A DNA stretch of 64,000 nt from Candidatus Limnocylindrales bacterium (GTDB taxonomy: Bacteria; Chloroflexota; Limnocylindria; Limnocylindrales; CSP1-4): NCBI GenBank assembly GCA_035248345.1, contig DATFHO010000045.1:53398-117397 (forward strand), in the 5' to 3' direction. Of this stretch, positions 16,307-25,372 are shown in pieces. The translations under genes and the position numbers were made by a program. The notes beneath the pieces are model-generated. The model was not told where the DNA came from. It searched no databases and saw nothing but the letters and a program-made list of their open reading frames with translations. The number at the start of each line of letters is the position of its first letter. Within the stretch, counting starts at the first letter, position 1.

Positions 16307-17286
16307 GCAAGCCGCGGGTCTTCGTGTCCCGGGTCATCCCGGACGAGGGCCTGCGCCCGATCCTCGACGCCTGCGACGCCACCGTCTGGCAGGACGAGCT
16401 GCCGCCACCCCGCGCAGAATTGCTCCGGGCGGTCGAAGGGTGCGACGGCGTGTTGGCGCTGCTCACCGATCGAATTGACGGCGAGCTGCTGGACCGGGCC
16501 GGACCGCAGCTGAAGGTCGTCTCGAACTTTGCCGTGGGTTTCGACAACGTCGATGTCGCGGCGTGCACGGCCCGGGGCGTCGCGGTCGGCAACACGCCAG
16601 GCGTGCTCACGGAGACCACCGCGGACCTCGCGTGGGCGCTGCTCATGGCGGCGGCGCGACGGCTCCCGGAGTCGGAGCGGTACGTGAAGGACGGCCATTG
16701 GCGCACCTGGGGCCCGATGACCCTGCTCGGGCCCGATGTGCATGGGGCGACCATCGGGATCGTCGGGTTCGGTCGGATCGGCCAGGCGGTCGCGCGGCGG
16801 GCGCGCGGCTTCGGGATGCACGTGATCTACCAGAACCGGTCGGCGGTCGACCCCGCTGTCGACGCGGAGTTCGAGGCGACCGGGATGACGCTCGAGGACC
16901 TGCTGCCGCAGTCGGACTTCGTCTCGATCCACGTCAGCCTGAGCGCGGAGACGAAGGGCCTCATCGACGCCGAGCGCCTTTCGTGGATGAAGCGGTCGGC
17001 GATCCTCGTGAACACGTCACGCGGGCCGGTCGTCGACACCGATGCCCTCGTCTCGGCGCTGCGCGACGGGACCATCGCCGGTGCCGCGCTCGACGTCACC
17101 GATCCCGAGCCGTTGCCGGCCGATCACCCGCTCGTCGGCCTCGACAACTGCATCGTCGTGCCGCACATTGCGTCGGCCTCGTTCGCCACGCGGGGCAGGA
17201 TGGCGTCGATGGCCGCGGCGAACCTGCTCGCCGGTGTCCGTGGCGAGCGCCTGCCGACGCCCGTGAACCCCGAGGTGTACGGCTAG
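16303..17286 (+). CDS. D-2-hydroxyacid dehydrogenase (glyoxylate/hydroxypyruvate reductase-like)
   Basis: GTG at 16303 overlaps the previous stop (GTGA). NAD fold [18 protein letters not shown]. Catalytic blocks [20 protein letters not shown] and VPHIASAS. Confidence 0.9.
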   Translation: MSKPRVFVSRVIPDEGLRPILDACDATVWQDELPPPRAELLRAVEGCDGVLALLTDRIDGELLDRAGPQLKVVSNFAVGFDNVDVAACTARGVAVGNTPGVLTETTADLAWALLMAAARRLPESERYVKDGHWRTWGPMTLLGPDVHGATIGIVGFGRIGQAVARRARGFGMHVIYQNRSAVDPAVDAEFEATGMTLEDLLPQSDFVSIHVSLSAETKGLIDAERLSWMKRSAILVNTSRGPVVDTDALVSALRDGTIAGAALDVTDPEPLPADHPLVGLDNCIVVPHIASASFATRGRMASMAAANLLAGVRGERLPTPVNPEVYG

Positions 17287-18872
17287 GTCGTCGCGAGGAG
17301 CTCGCGAGACGCGGGCGACCCGGGCGACTCGGGTCGTTCGCCGCGCTCCTGCGCAGCGGCGTGGACGTCCGCGCGATCCCCGGGCGTGCGAAGGCCCGCG
17401 GCCTCGAACGCGGCGGCGAGCTCGCGCTCGAGCTCGTCGATCTCAGGCGCGACCACGTCCAGTTCGTCCTCGGGCATCCGCAGCCCGGCCCGCTCGACGG
17501 CGACCGCGAGTTCGGCTCCGGACAGGTGCGTCCGAGCCATCAGCGCCTGGGCGATCACCTCGATCGCGCGCCGGTTCGCAAGGACGATCGACTCGGCTTC
17601 GCGACGCGCCGCGGCGACGATGGTTGCCGCGGCGAGGTAGCGCTCGTCCTGCCCCATCGGCGACTGTTCGAAGTCATCGAACTTCAGCGGGCGGGCGTGT
17701 TCGGTGGCCCCTTCGTCGATGAGCAGCAGTGCGGTTCGGGTCGCATTCGCGACGTCGCTCGCTCCTCCGATCCCGTAGCGCCCGAGGACGATCCGTTCGG
17801 CAGCCAGCCCGGCCATCGAGATCGTGGCGCGGGCCGCGAGTGCCGTGGCTCCGAAGGGCATCGAGTCCCGCGGCTCCTCGCTCTCGTCCTCGAGATCGGT
17901 CGTCCCGCTGTCGTTCTTGCGGATGGTGAGGGCCGAAACGGCGACGCCCCTGACGATGCTCGCGACGGCGTGCCCGGCCTCGTGGACGGCGACCTCCCAG
18001 CGGCGCTCGGCCGACGGGAGCGGCTCGTCATCCACGCGCCCGCGGCGGAGCATGGCCTCGGCCACGTGCCGCCACGACACCACGGCGTCGGTCCCGAGGT
18101 CCGCGAGGGCGAGCGCGAGCGCGTCATCGAGCGCCTGGCGCAGCTGCGCAGGGCTGGTCTTCACCCCCGCGAGCGCGGCCGCACGCCGCCAGTCGATGTC
18201 CGCCGCCACGCGCCGGGTCGCCGCGTAGAAGCGAAGGATCTCGGCGCGCTCGACCAGGGTCGGCCATCCCACGCTCACCTTGAACCCAAATCGCCCGGCG
18301 CGGACGAGGGCGGCGTCGAGGAGACGCGGATGACGGTTCGAGCTGGCGAGCCACAGAACGCGGTTGCGGGATGCCGGCGCGTTGAGCCCATCGATCGCGG
18401 CGAGTGCCCCGAGGAGCGTTGCGCGCGTCGAGTCGGTGTGGCGGTAGTCGTCACGATCCCGCGCCCAGAGGTCGATCTCGTCGATGTAGAGCACCGCCAG
18501 TGGGTCGTCCGCGGCGCGGCTCCCGAGCCACGCGGCGAGCTCCTCGAACCTGGGCGCATCGACATCGGACGCCGCGATCGAATAGAAGTCGACGTTCGCC
18601 CCGTTCGTCGCGAGCGTCGCGGCCATCGCGCGCGCAAGGAGCGTCTTCCCGCACCCGGGCGCTCCCCAGAACAGGATTCCGCGCGGCAGGTCTCCCCCGG
18701 CGGCGAGCATGACCTCGGGGTGGTTGAGACGCGCGACGAGGCTTCGGACCTCGCGCTTCGCGGCGCGCAGCCCGATCACGTCGTCGAGCGAGAGCCCGAC
18801 AACGGAGACGCGGTGTCGCTCCAGCCACTCGGGCACGGCGACGGACATGGTTGGATCGGTGCGTGGATTCAT
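17283..18872 (-). CDS. soluble FtsH-like AAA+ ATPase / M41 zinc metalloprotease homologue (no TM segment)
   Basis: I prefer the ATG at 18872 (alternative 18848) of ORF 17283..19202. Walker A is GAPGCGKT and Walker B VLYIDEID. Contains RAGRFG. The zinc site is HEAGHAV, with a downstream [10 protein letters not shown] (third-ligand region). No hydrophobic helix precedes the AAA module. Confidence 0.75.
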   Translation of the reverse strand: MNPRTDPTMSVAVPEWLERHRVSVVGLSLDDVIGLRAAKREVRSLVARLNHPEVMLAAGGDLPRGILFWGAPGCGKTLLARAMAATLATNGANVDFYSIAASDVDAPRFEELAAWLGSRAADDPLAVLYIDEIDLWARDRDDYRHTDSTRATLLGALAAIDGLNAPASRNRVLWLASSNRHPRLLDAALVRAGRFGFKVSVGWPTLVERAEILRFYAATRRVAADIDWRRAAALAGVKTSPAQLRQALDDALALALADLGTDAVVSWRHVAEAMLRRGRVDDEPLPSAERRWEVAVHEAGHAVASIVRGVAVSALTIRKNDSGTTDLEDESEEPRDSMPFGATALAARATISMAGLAAERIVLGRYGIGGASDVANATRTALLLIDEGATEHARPLKFDDFEQSPMGQDERYLAAATIVAAARREAESIVLANRRAIEVIAQALMARTHLSGAELAVAVERAGLRMPEDELDVVAPEIDELERELAAAFEAAGLRTPGDRADVHAAAQERGERPESPGSPASRELLATT

Positions 18873-18934
18873 GAAGCGCCGGAGACTAGCGACAACTCGC
18901 GCGCCCGGCAACTTGATCGGGGACTCCGGCCGTT

Positions 18935-19825
18935 TCAGGCGGTGACCGACTCCTCTGTCACCTCGATCGCCGCCGTTTCCAGGAGCCAGACGGGCCCGTC
19001 GGCGGCCTCGAGGCGCACTGCTCCGTCGACATCGCCCGGATCCGCGATGGTCAGCTTCCTGACCACGACGCGCTTGCCGTCGACCTCCAATGTGGGTGCC
19101 GGGAACGGGCTGCCGCCGACGAGGCTCCAGGCGCGAACTTGCCGGTCGATCTCGGCGCGCGTCCGGGTCAGGTCGATCGCCGCATAGTCCTCCTCGAACC
19201 AACCGGCGTATGGCTCATCGCCCGTCGCGTTCTGCGGGTCGCCCGGATCGCCGGCCGCGATCCGTTCGAACACCTGCGGCAGCAGCTCGACCGCCGCGCG
19301 AATCAACCGAGGCCCGACCACCCGGATGTCGCTGTCGTCCGGCTCCATCGGCACCGGCGCCTGCGCGAGGATGTGGCCGGTGTCGAACTCCGCGTCCATC
19401 CGGTGCCACGTCACGCCGTACGTGGCGTCTCCCGCACGAACCGCCCACGACGTCGGGATCGGACCGCGATGTCGCGGCAGCAGCGCCGGGTGCATGTTCA
19501 CGATGCCGAGCCGCGGAACGGCAAGCGCGTCGGCCGGGATCAACCACGGAAAGCCGAAGCAGATGATGAGATCCGGCTCGACCGCGCGGAGCAACGGGGC
19601 CATCGACCGCTTGTTGCGCGGAATGAGGATGTCGAGGCCCGCGGGCGCCGTGGCGTCCCACACGCCGATCTCGGCCGGCATCGGCTGCTTCCGGCGCGGC
19701 GTGAGGACGGCGACAGGATCGTGCCCCGCGGCGCGGATCGCCGCAGCGAAGGCGTGGGCGATCGGCCCGACGCTCGTGATGATCGCAACGCGCCACGGCC
19801 GCTCGGCCGTCGTGTCCTCGCTCAT
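18935..19825 (-). CDS. formyltransferase-family protein (methionyl-tRNA formyltransferase-like)
   Basis: 296 aa. Catalytic block IVNMHPALLPRHRGPIP (H.SLLP..RG pattern) plus a C-terminal beta-barrel-like domain. Confidence 0.75.
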   Translation of the reverse strand: MSEDTTAERPWRVAIITSVGPIAHAFAAAIRAAGHDPVAVLTPRRKQPMPAEIGVWDATAPAGLDILIPRNKRSMAPLLRAVEPDLIICFGFPWLIPADALAVPRLGIVNMHPALLPRHRGPIPTSWAVRAGDATYGVTWHRMDAEFDTGHILAQAPVPMEPDDSDIRVVGPRLIRAAVELLPQVFERIAAGDPGDPQNATGDEPYAGWFEEDYAAIDLTRTRAEIDRQVRAWSLVGGSPFPAPTLEVDGKRVVVRKLTIADPGDVDGAVRLEAADGPVWLLETAAIEVTEESVTA

Positions 19826-19890
19826 CCGGCGATTCTAGGGACCGAAACGGCGAGCGCGATCAAGTTGCGGCGCCGGGGCAGCGCCAAGAT

Positions 19891-20814
19891 ATGAGCATGA
19901 ACGCGCAGCCCGACACCTTCCTCGCCTTCATCGACGACCTGGCCGCCGACCTCGACGACCACGAATCGAGCGCGGACGATCGCGCTGCGCGGCAGTTCCT
20001 TTCTCGCTCGCAGTTCGATCGCGTGATCAGTGCGACTGCGGGCGAGCCGCCGGCGGCATTCCGCCGGCGGATCCTGATGGAGCGTGCGGCGTTCCGGTTG
20101 GCCACCGGGTACGACGGCATCCTCCGGCTCGCCGTGGAGGCGGGCTACTCGTCGCACGAGGCATTCACTCGTGCGTTCCAGCGGTCCTACGGTGTCGCGC
20201 CTTCGGCGTGGCGCACGCAGCCCGCACAGATCCAGATCGCGTCACCCAACGACGTGCACTTCCACCCACCGGGCGGCCTCAGGCTGCCCGCCACCAGTGA
20301 GGACGCAACCATGAACCTGCTCGTTCGAATGGTCGAACACCACCTGTGGCTCGTCGGCGAGATGGTCGACACGGCCGCCAAGCTCGATGACGCCACGCTC
20401 GACAAGCCGATCACGCTGTCGGTCGAGCCGCTCGACCCGGGCGCCACGACGCGCCGGCTACTCAGCCGCCTCGTCGGCCAGATGGACATGTGGCAGAACG
20501 TGATCAACGGCCGCGACTACGACATGTCGATCGAGGAGCACGAGGACGTCGCGGCGCTTCGGCGCCGTCTCGACGTCGCCGGCCCGGCGTTTCTCGCCGA
20601 GGTCAAGCGGGTCGTCGAAGGAGGCCGGCTCGACGAGACGTTCGTCGATGCCTACTGCGCTCCGGCCGAGGTCTACACGTACGGCGGCCTCATCGCCCAC
20701 GTGCTGACGTTCGCCGCGGCTCGCCGCATCCTCGTCCTTGGCGCCTTCGAATCCGCCGGGATCACGGATCTCGGCAACGGCGATCCGCGCCTCTGGGTGG
20801 CCGACGCCGCCTGA
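19891..20814 (+). CDS. AraC-family HTH regulator fused to a DinB-like four-helix domain
   Basis: 307 aa. AraC signature AVEAGYSSHEAFTRAFQRSYGVAPSAWR. The C-terminal half (LVRMVEHHLWLVGEM...YGGLIAHVLTFAAARR) has DinB/mycothiol-transferase-like helices. Confidence 0.75.
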   Translation: MSMNAQPDTFLAFIDDLAADLDDHESSADDRAARQFLSRSQFDRVISATAGEPPAAFRRRILMERAAFRLATGYDGILRLAVEAGYSSHEAFTRAFQRSYGVAPSAWRTQPAQIQIASPNDVHFHPPGGLRLPATSEDATMNLLVRMVEHHLWLVGEMVDTAAKLDDATLDKPITLSVEPLDPGATTRRLLSRLVGQMDMWQNVINGRDYDMSIEEHEDVAALRRRLDVAGPAFLAEVKRVVEGGRLDETFVDAYCAPAEVYTYGGLIAHVLTFAAARRILVLGAFESAGITDLGNGDPRLWVADAA

Positions 20815-20900
20815 CCTTCACCAGGGCGCCTGATCAGCGTCACGTCGACCGGCAATACTCCCCAGAGCGCTCTTGGGCGCTCGACGGAGGGGCTGGCGAC

Positions 20901-21071
20901 GTGACGTTGTTCTTTCTTGTCGGGCTGGTGATCGGGGTAGGTTTTGGACTCGCGATCTGGTGGCAACGCAGCCCGCACGGATCCATGTGTCGTTCCTGTG
21001 GCGGTCAGGTCTCCACCAAGATGGACGAATGCCCGCATTGCGGGTATGCGCTGAACAAGCCGTACGGGTAG
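20901..21071 (+). CDS. small membrane protein with C-terminal zinc ribbon
   Basis: GTG at 20901 with GGAGGGG 8 nt upstream. Product is (M)TLFFLVGLVIGVGFGLAIWWQRSPHGSMCRSCGGQVSTKMDECPHCGYALNKPYG: one TM helix plus CxxC..CxxC. Confidence 0.5.
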   Translation: MTLFFLVGLVIGVGFGLAIWWQRSPHGSMCRSCGGQVSTKMDECPHCGYALNKPYG

Positions 21072-21109
21072 TCGCAGCAGCGCGACGATTTCACGCACAC
21101 TACCGTTTG

Positions 21110-21181
21110 GGGCCCGTAGCTCAGTGGCAGAGCAGGGGACTTTTAATCCTCGTGTCCTGGGTTCGAATCCCAGCGGGCTCA
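21110..21181 (+). tRNA. tRNA-Lys (anticodon UUU)
   Basis: Hand-folded cloverleaf:
- Acceptor GGGCCCG/CGGGCTC (one G-U pair).
- D arm GCTC-AGTGGCA-GAGC.
- Anticodon arm GGGGA-CTTTTAA-TCCTC.
- T arm CTGGG-TTCGAAT-CCCAG.
- Discriminator A.
CCA is not encoded. Confidence 0.9.
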
Positions 21182-21203
21182 CTTCCACCGATACGCTGGT
21201 AGC

Positions 21204-21566
21204 GTGGCAACGTTCGACGATGTCCGCCGGATCGCGATGGCACTGCCCGAGGTCACCACGAACGACACGGGCACCGAGTTCCGCGTCGACGGCAAGCTGT
21301 TCGCCCACCCCTGGCTCGAGCGCGTCGACCCGAAGAAGGCGCGCGTGCCGAACCTCGACGTGACCGTCGTCAGGATCGCTTCGGAGTCCGACAAGGACGT
21401 CCTGATCTCGATGGATCCTGCGGCGTTCTTCACCGAGCCGCACTTCGACGGCTACGCCTCCATCCACGTCCGGCTCGCGGCGGTCAGCAAGCCGATGCTG
21501 GAACAGCTCCTCGCGGATGCATGGCGGACCCGCGCGCGGAAGCGGCTGTTGACGAGTCGCGGCTGA
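21204..21566 (+). CDS. MmcQ/YjbR-family protein
   Basis: 120 aa, GTG start. FDDVRRIAMALPEVTT...FRVDGKLFA...FFTEPHFDGYASIHVRL fits the MmcQ/YjbR pattern. Confidence 0.6.
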   Translation: MATFDDVRRIAMALPEVTTNDTGTEFRVDGKLFAHPWLERVDPKKARVPNLDVTVVRIASESDKDVLISMDPAAFFTEPHFDGYASIHVRLAAVSKPMLEQLLADAWRTRARKRLLTSRG

Positions 21567-21784
21567 GGCATCCAGGGTCGGTCCATGTCTCGCCCTTGAG
21601 GCCGCTAGGCGGATCGACTCGTGCCTTGGCCTCGGTTCGGCTTCGCGGCATCGCCGCTGGCGCGTTCGGCACGCATGCAGAGGTGTACCTGCGGTCGCTC
21701 CGGCGTTGAGCCAAAGGTTGGTGACGCGCAGCCAGACGTCGAAGACGGGCGACGATCTCGTCGCGCGACCCGTATCGTGAAGGG

Positions 21785-23347
21785 GTGCCCGACAACCCCG
21801 AGTTGATCCGCGGGCGGCCGCGGCGTGAGCGGCGAGCAGGTGGCGGGATTCCGCGGTTGCCGTGGCGGCGGCTGGTCAACCCGTTCACGCCGCTCGAGAT
21901 CCTGGGCGCGGACCAGCTCGAATCGATCCACGAGGCGGGGCTCCGGATCCTGCAGGAGATCGGCATGGAGGTCCTGAGCGACCGCGCGCTCACGCTCCTC
22001 GAGCGGGCGGGTGCGAGCGTGACGCGCGAAGGCGACACGGGCGGGCGAGGCGCATCGGGCCGGGTCCGGATGGAGCCGGCGCAGGTCGAATCGCTTGTCG
22101 CCAGGGCTCCGGCGTCATTCGAGCTGCACGCCCGAAACCCCGAGAAGAACATCCTGTTCGGCGGTCGAAATCTTGTTTTTGGTGCCGTCGGCGGGCCGGC
22201 TTTCGTCACCGACATCGACCGTGGTCGGCGGCCGGGCAACTTCGCTGACTTCGAGTCATACGTCCGCCTCATCGGGGCGCTCGACGTGATCCACCAGGAG
22301 GGCGGGGGCCCGCTGGAGCCGATCGACCTGCCAGTCGAGACGCGCCACCTCGACATGTATCGAACATTCGCGGTGAACCTTGACAAGACGTGGCAATGCC
22401 TGGCCTTCGGCGCGCAGGTCGTCGAGGACGCGATCAAGGTCACGTGCACCACGCGCGGGATCGACCGAGCGCAGCTCGCTCGCGAGCCATCGCTGATGAC
22501 CGTCGTGAACACGAACTCGCCGCTCCGCCTGGACGGCCCGATGTCCGACGGGCTCATCGCGATGGCGCAGGCGGGCCAGCCGGTGATTGCCACGCCGTTC
22601 ACCCTCAGCGGCGCGATGGCGCCCTCGACCCTGGCCGGCGCGCTCGCCCAGCAGCACGCCGAGGCGCTGTTCGTCGTCGCGCTCGCGCAGATCGTCAACC
22701 CGGGCACGCCGATGGTCTACGGCGGGTTCACCTCGAACGTCGACATGCGCTCGGGCTCGCCGGCGTTCGGGACGCCGGAGTACGTGCAGGCACAGATCGC
22801 GACCGGGCAGCTCGCGCGGCGGGTCGGGCTGCCGTGGCGAACGTCGAACGTCACTGGCTCGGCGGTCGTCGATGCGCAGGCGGCGTACGAGAGCTCGATG
22901 TCGGTCTGGGGCGCGGTCATGAGCGGCGCCTCGATCCTGTACCAGGGGGCAGGCTGGCTCGAGGGCGGCCTCACCGCGAGCTTCGAGAAGCTGATCCTCG
23001 ATGCGGAGATACTCCAGCAGATGGCGCAGGTGCTGCAGCCGCTCGTGGTCGATGACGAGACCCTCGGGATCGAGGCGATCGCCGAGGTCGGGCCGGGCGG
23101 CCATTTCTTCGGGTCGCCGCACACGATCGCCCGGTTCGAGACCGCGTTCTACCAGCCGATGCTCTCCGACTGGCGCAACTTCGAGGCGTGGGTCGAGGAC
23201 GGTTCCCGGACCGCGACGCAGCGCGCCAACACGATCTGGAAGCGCCTGCTCGCCCAGTTCGAGCCGCCACCCATGCCGGCCGATCGCCTCGAAGCGCTCG
23301 ACGCCTTCATCGACCGCCGTAAGCGCGAGATCGCCGCCGCCTCCTAG
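21785..23347 (+). CDS. MttB-superfamily methyltransferase, non-pyrrolysine type (quaternary amine:corrinoid methyltransferase-like)
   Basis: 520 aa with an uninterrupted frame (no in-frame TAG). Conserved MttB blocks: LESIHEAGLRILQEIGMEV, NTNSPLRLDGPM, PFTLSGAMAPSTLAGALAQQ, LILDAEILQQM and GPGGHFFGSPHT. Confidence 0.8.
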   Translation: MPDNPELIRGRPRRERRAGGGIPRLPWRRLVNPFTPLEILGADQLESIHEAGLRILQEIGMEVLSDRALTLLERAGASVTREGDTGGRGASGRVRMEPAQVESLVARAPASFELHARNPEKNILFGGRNLVFGAVGGPAFVTDIDRGRRPGNFADFESYVRLIGALDVIHQEGGGPLEPIDLPVETRHLDMYRTFAVNLDKTWQCLAFGAQVVEDAIKVTCTTRGIDRAQLAREPSLMTVVNTNSPLRLDGPMSDGLIAMAQAGQPVIATPFTLSGAMAPSTLAGALAQQHAEALFVVALAQIVNPGTPMVYGGFTSNVDMRSGSPAFGTPEYVQAQIATGQLARRVGLPWRTSNVTGSAVVDAQAAYESSMSVWGAVMSGASILYQGAGWLEGGLTASFEKLILDAEILQQMAQVLQPLVVDDETLGIEAIAEVGPGGHFFGSPHTIARFETAFYQPMLSDWRNFEAWVEDGSRTATQRANTIWKRLLAQFEPPPMPADRLEALDAFIDRRKREIAAAS

Positions 23348-23440
23348 GTGGGCCGCCCCGTCCCGGCAGAACGGAGCGCGGGTGCGCACGGAGCCGCCCG
23401 ATGGCCGGCCGTCCATCGACCCGATGGTCCCCACAGGTCC

Positions 23441-23540
23441 CCAAATTGACGGGGTTCGGTCCGTCGACGGCCACATCAGGATCATTTGGCGCGGAATCCG
23501 GCCAGTTTGGGCCCGCACGTGACCCAACTTGACGTGGTTC
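23441..23540 (+). repeat. pair of 17-nt direct repeats in a lower-GC spacer
   Basis: CCAAATTGACGGGGTTC (23441-23457) and CCAACTTGACGTGGTTC (23524-23540) match at 15/17. Both lie in the 309-bp non-coding gap between mttB-like and the GNAT gene. Confidence 0.45.
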
Positions 23541-23656
23541 ATCGGGAACCTCGTCATTTCTGGTCCCTGTGACGACCAAACCGCAAGTGGCTGATCGCAA
23601 CCGGCCAATCGATTGGAACGCCTGAGCCGTTCGACGCGCGCGGCTACCCTGCCTCG

Positions 23657-24511
23657 ATGGACGTCATCCGATACGGGTCGATCGACGAGTACCTCGCCGG
23701 CGCCGGGCCGTTCCTCGAGGCGCTCGAGGCCGAGCACAACCTGATCTTCGGGATCGCGTCGAACGTCCAGGCCGACCCGGCGCAGTTCGGAACGCCGTAC
23801 CTCGCCGCGGTCGTCGACGGCGGACGCGTGGTGGGGGCCGTGATGCGCACGCCCCCGTGGCGCATCATCCTGTCCTGCTTCGACGGTGACGCGGCCGCGG
23901 TGGCGGACGCGTTTGCCGCTGACTTGGCGGACGTGCCGCTGCCCGGCATGGTCGGGCCCACGGATTCGACCGATGCCTTCGCCGCCGCGTGGACGGCTCG
24001 GACGGGCGCGACAGCGACGCTGACAAGGCACGAGCGGTCGTTTCGGCTCCGTCATGTGATCCCTCCCCGGGCGGCGCCGGGCCACATGGTTCGTGCCTCC
24101 CAGGAGCACCGCCGCGTCCTCGCCGAGTGGTCGCAGGCGTTCGAGGAGGAGGCGCACACCGCCCCGCCCGGCCCGACCGACCATGACGCGACGGCGGATC
24201 GCTGGATCCGCGGCGTCGGTCGCACAGCCTGGCTCTGGGTCGACGAAGGCCGGCCGGTCTCGCTGACCGGCGTGGGCGGTCTGACGCCGCACGGCATCCG
24301 GGTCGGGCCCGTCTACACGCCGCCCGAGCTGCGCGGCCGCGGCTACGCGAGCAACCTGGTTGCGGAAGCGTCGCAGCTCCATCTCGACGGCGGGCGCGAG
24401 TTCGTCTTCCTCTTCACGGACCTCGCGAATCCGACCGCGAACAAGATCTACCAGTCGATCGGCTATGAGCCGGTCATCGACATCGACGAGTACGCGTTCG
24501 AGCCTGCGTGA
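23657..24511 (+). CDS. GNAT-family N-acetyltransferase with N-terminal accessory domain
   Basis: 284 aa. The C-terminal acetyl-CoA motif is VYTPPELRGRGYASNLVA, followed by FLFTDLANPTANKIYQSIGY. Confidence 0.7.
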   Translation: MDVIRYGSIDEYLAGAGPFLEALEAEHNLIFGIASNVQADPAQFGTPYLAAVVDGGRVVGAVMRTPPWRIILSCFDGDAAAVADAFAADLADVPLPGMVGPTDSTDAFAAAWTARTGATATLTRHERSFRLRHVIPPRAAPGHMVRASQEHRRVLAEWSQAFEEEAHTAPPGPTDHDATADRWIRGVGRTAWLWVDEGRPVSLTGVGGLTPHGIRVGPVYTPPELRGRGYASNLVAEASQLHLDGGREFVFLFTDLANPTANKIYQSIGYEPVIDIDEYAFEPA

Positions 24512-25008
24512 TCCTCCCGAAGGAGCGCGACCCGCGCTTCATCACCATCCGCCGCGGTGGCACGCTGACCGATCTGGACCACCAGGCGCTCGCGCTGTGG
24601 GCGGCCGATTGCGCTGAGCACGTGGTGCCGCTGTTCGCATCCGTGCGCCCGGCGGACGAGCGCGTGCGTATGGCAATCGATGGGGCTCGTGCGTGGGCGC
24701 GCGGCGAGATGTCGATGTGGGACGCACGGACGCTCGCAGGCAACGCGAACGCGGCTGCGCGCGATCTCAAGGGCGCGCCCCGCTTCGCCGCGTACGCCGC
24801 TGCGCAGGCTGCCGCGGTTGGCCACGTCGCGGCGCACGAATTGGGAGCCGCCGCGTACGCGATTCGGGCGGTCGAGGCCGCGACCGCCGGCGCCGGCCGC
24901 GCCGAGTGCGTCTGGCAGCGCGACCGGCTCCCCGCCGCCATCCGCGAACTCGTCCTCGACGATCAGCACGTGCGCAACCACCTCTGCTGGTTCGTCTTCG
25001 ACTGCTGA
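24508..25008 (+). CDS. conserved alpha-helical hypothetical protein (possibly Imm5-like immunity-type family; uncertain)
   Basis: GTG at 24508 overlaps the GNAT stop (GTGA). 166 aa, Ala-rich and helical: LALWAADCAEHVVPLF...AIDGARAWARGE...AAARDL..AAYAAAQAAAVGHVAAHELGAAAYAIRA. The family call is from memory only. Confidence 0.5.
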   Translation: MILPKERDPRFITIRRGGTLTDLDHQALALWAADCAEHVVPLFASVRPADERVRMAIDGARAWARGEMSMWDARTLAGNANAAARDLKGAPRFAAYAAAQAAAVGHVAAHELGAAAYAIRAVEAATAGAGRAECVWQRDRLPAAIRELVLDDQHVRNHLCWFVFDC

Positions 25009-25141
25009 GGTCGCCCCGCGACGCACGGCGCAACTCGATCGCAACCAAGCGGTAACCGCCCGGCCAACGACCCGTTCACGTGATCGGGAGACACTTCCAC
25101 CCGCGACCGACATCGACGCGTGGTCGCGAAGGGGGTGGCCC

Positions 25142-25372
25142 ATGGCGCTCGACATGAACGCAATCAAGCACCAGGAGCGTGGCGTTCGCGACGGTCAGAT
25201 CGCGGCGGTCACGTGTGCGGCGTGCGGTTGTCGACTCGAGGCCTCGGGGACCTCCGACGAGGCGCCGTGGTTCCACTTCGGCCGGCTCGGCGGCCGGGAC
25301 GCTCGCGGGGACCGACCGGCGTGCATCGACGCGCCCCACGACCGGAGCGGCTCGCCGATCCTTTCGGCCTAG
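25142..25372 (+). CDS. small Cys-containing hypothetical protein
   Basis: ATG at 25142. 76 aa: MALDMNAIKHQERGVRDGQIAAVTCAACGCRLEASGTSDEAPWFHFG.... The composition is protein-like but I recognise no family. Confidence 0.3.
   Translation: MALDMNAIKHQERGVRDGQIAAVTCAACGCRLEASGTSDEAPWFHFGRLGGRDARGDRPACIDAPHDRSGSPILSA

Noticed and set aside
16563-19187. 874-aa plus-strand ORF spanning the dehydrogenase 3' end and the FtsH-like gene
   Set aside because: It is Arg/Gly/Pro-rich with no motifs. It is out of frame with the 2-hydroxyacid dehydrogenase and antisense to an ORF carrying Walker A/B and HEAGH motifs.
22256-24382. 708-aa minus-strand ORF across the mttB-like and GNAT genes
   Set aside because: It is a shadow ORF with Arg/Pro/Gly-rich composition. 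Both sense-strand genes have clear family blocks.
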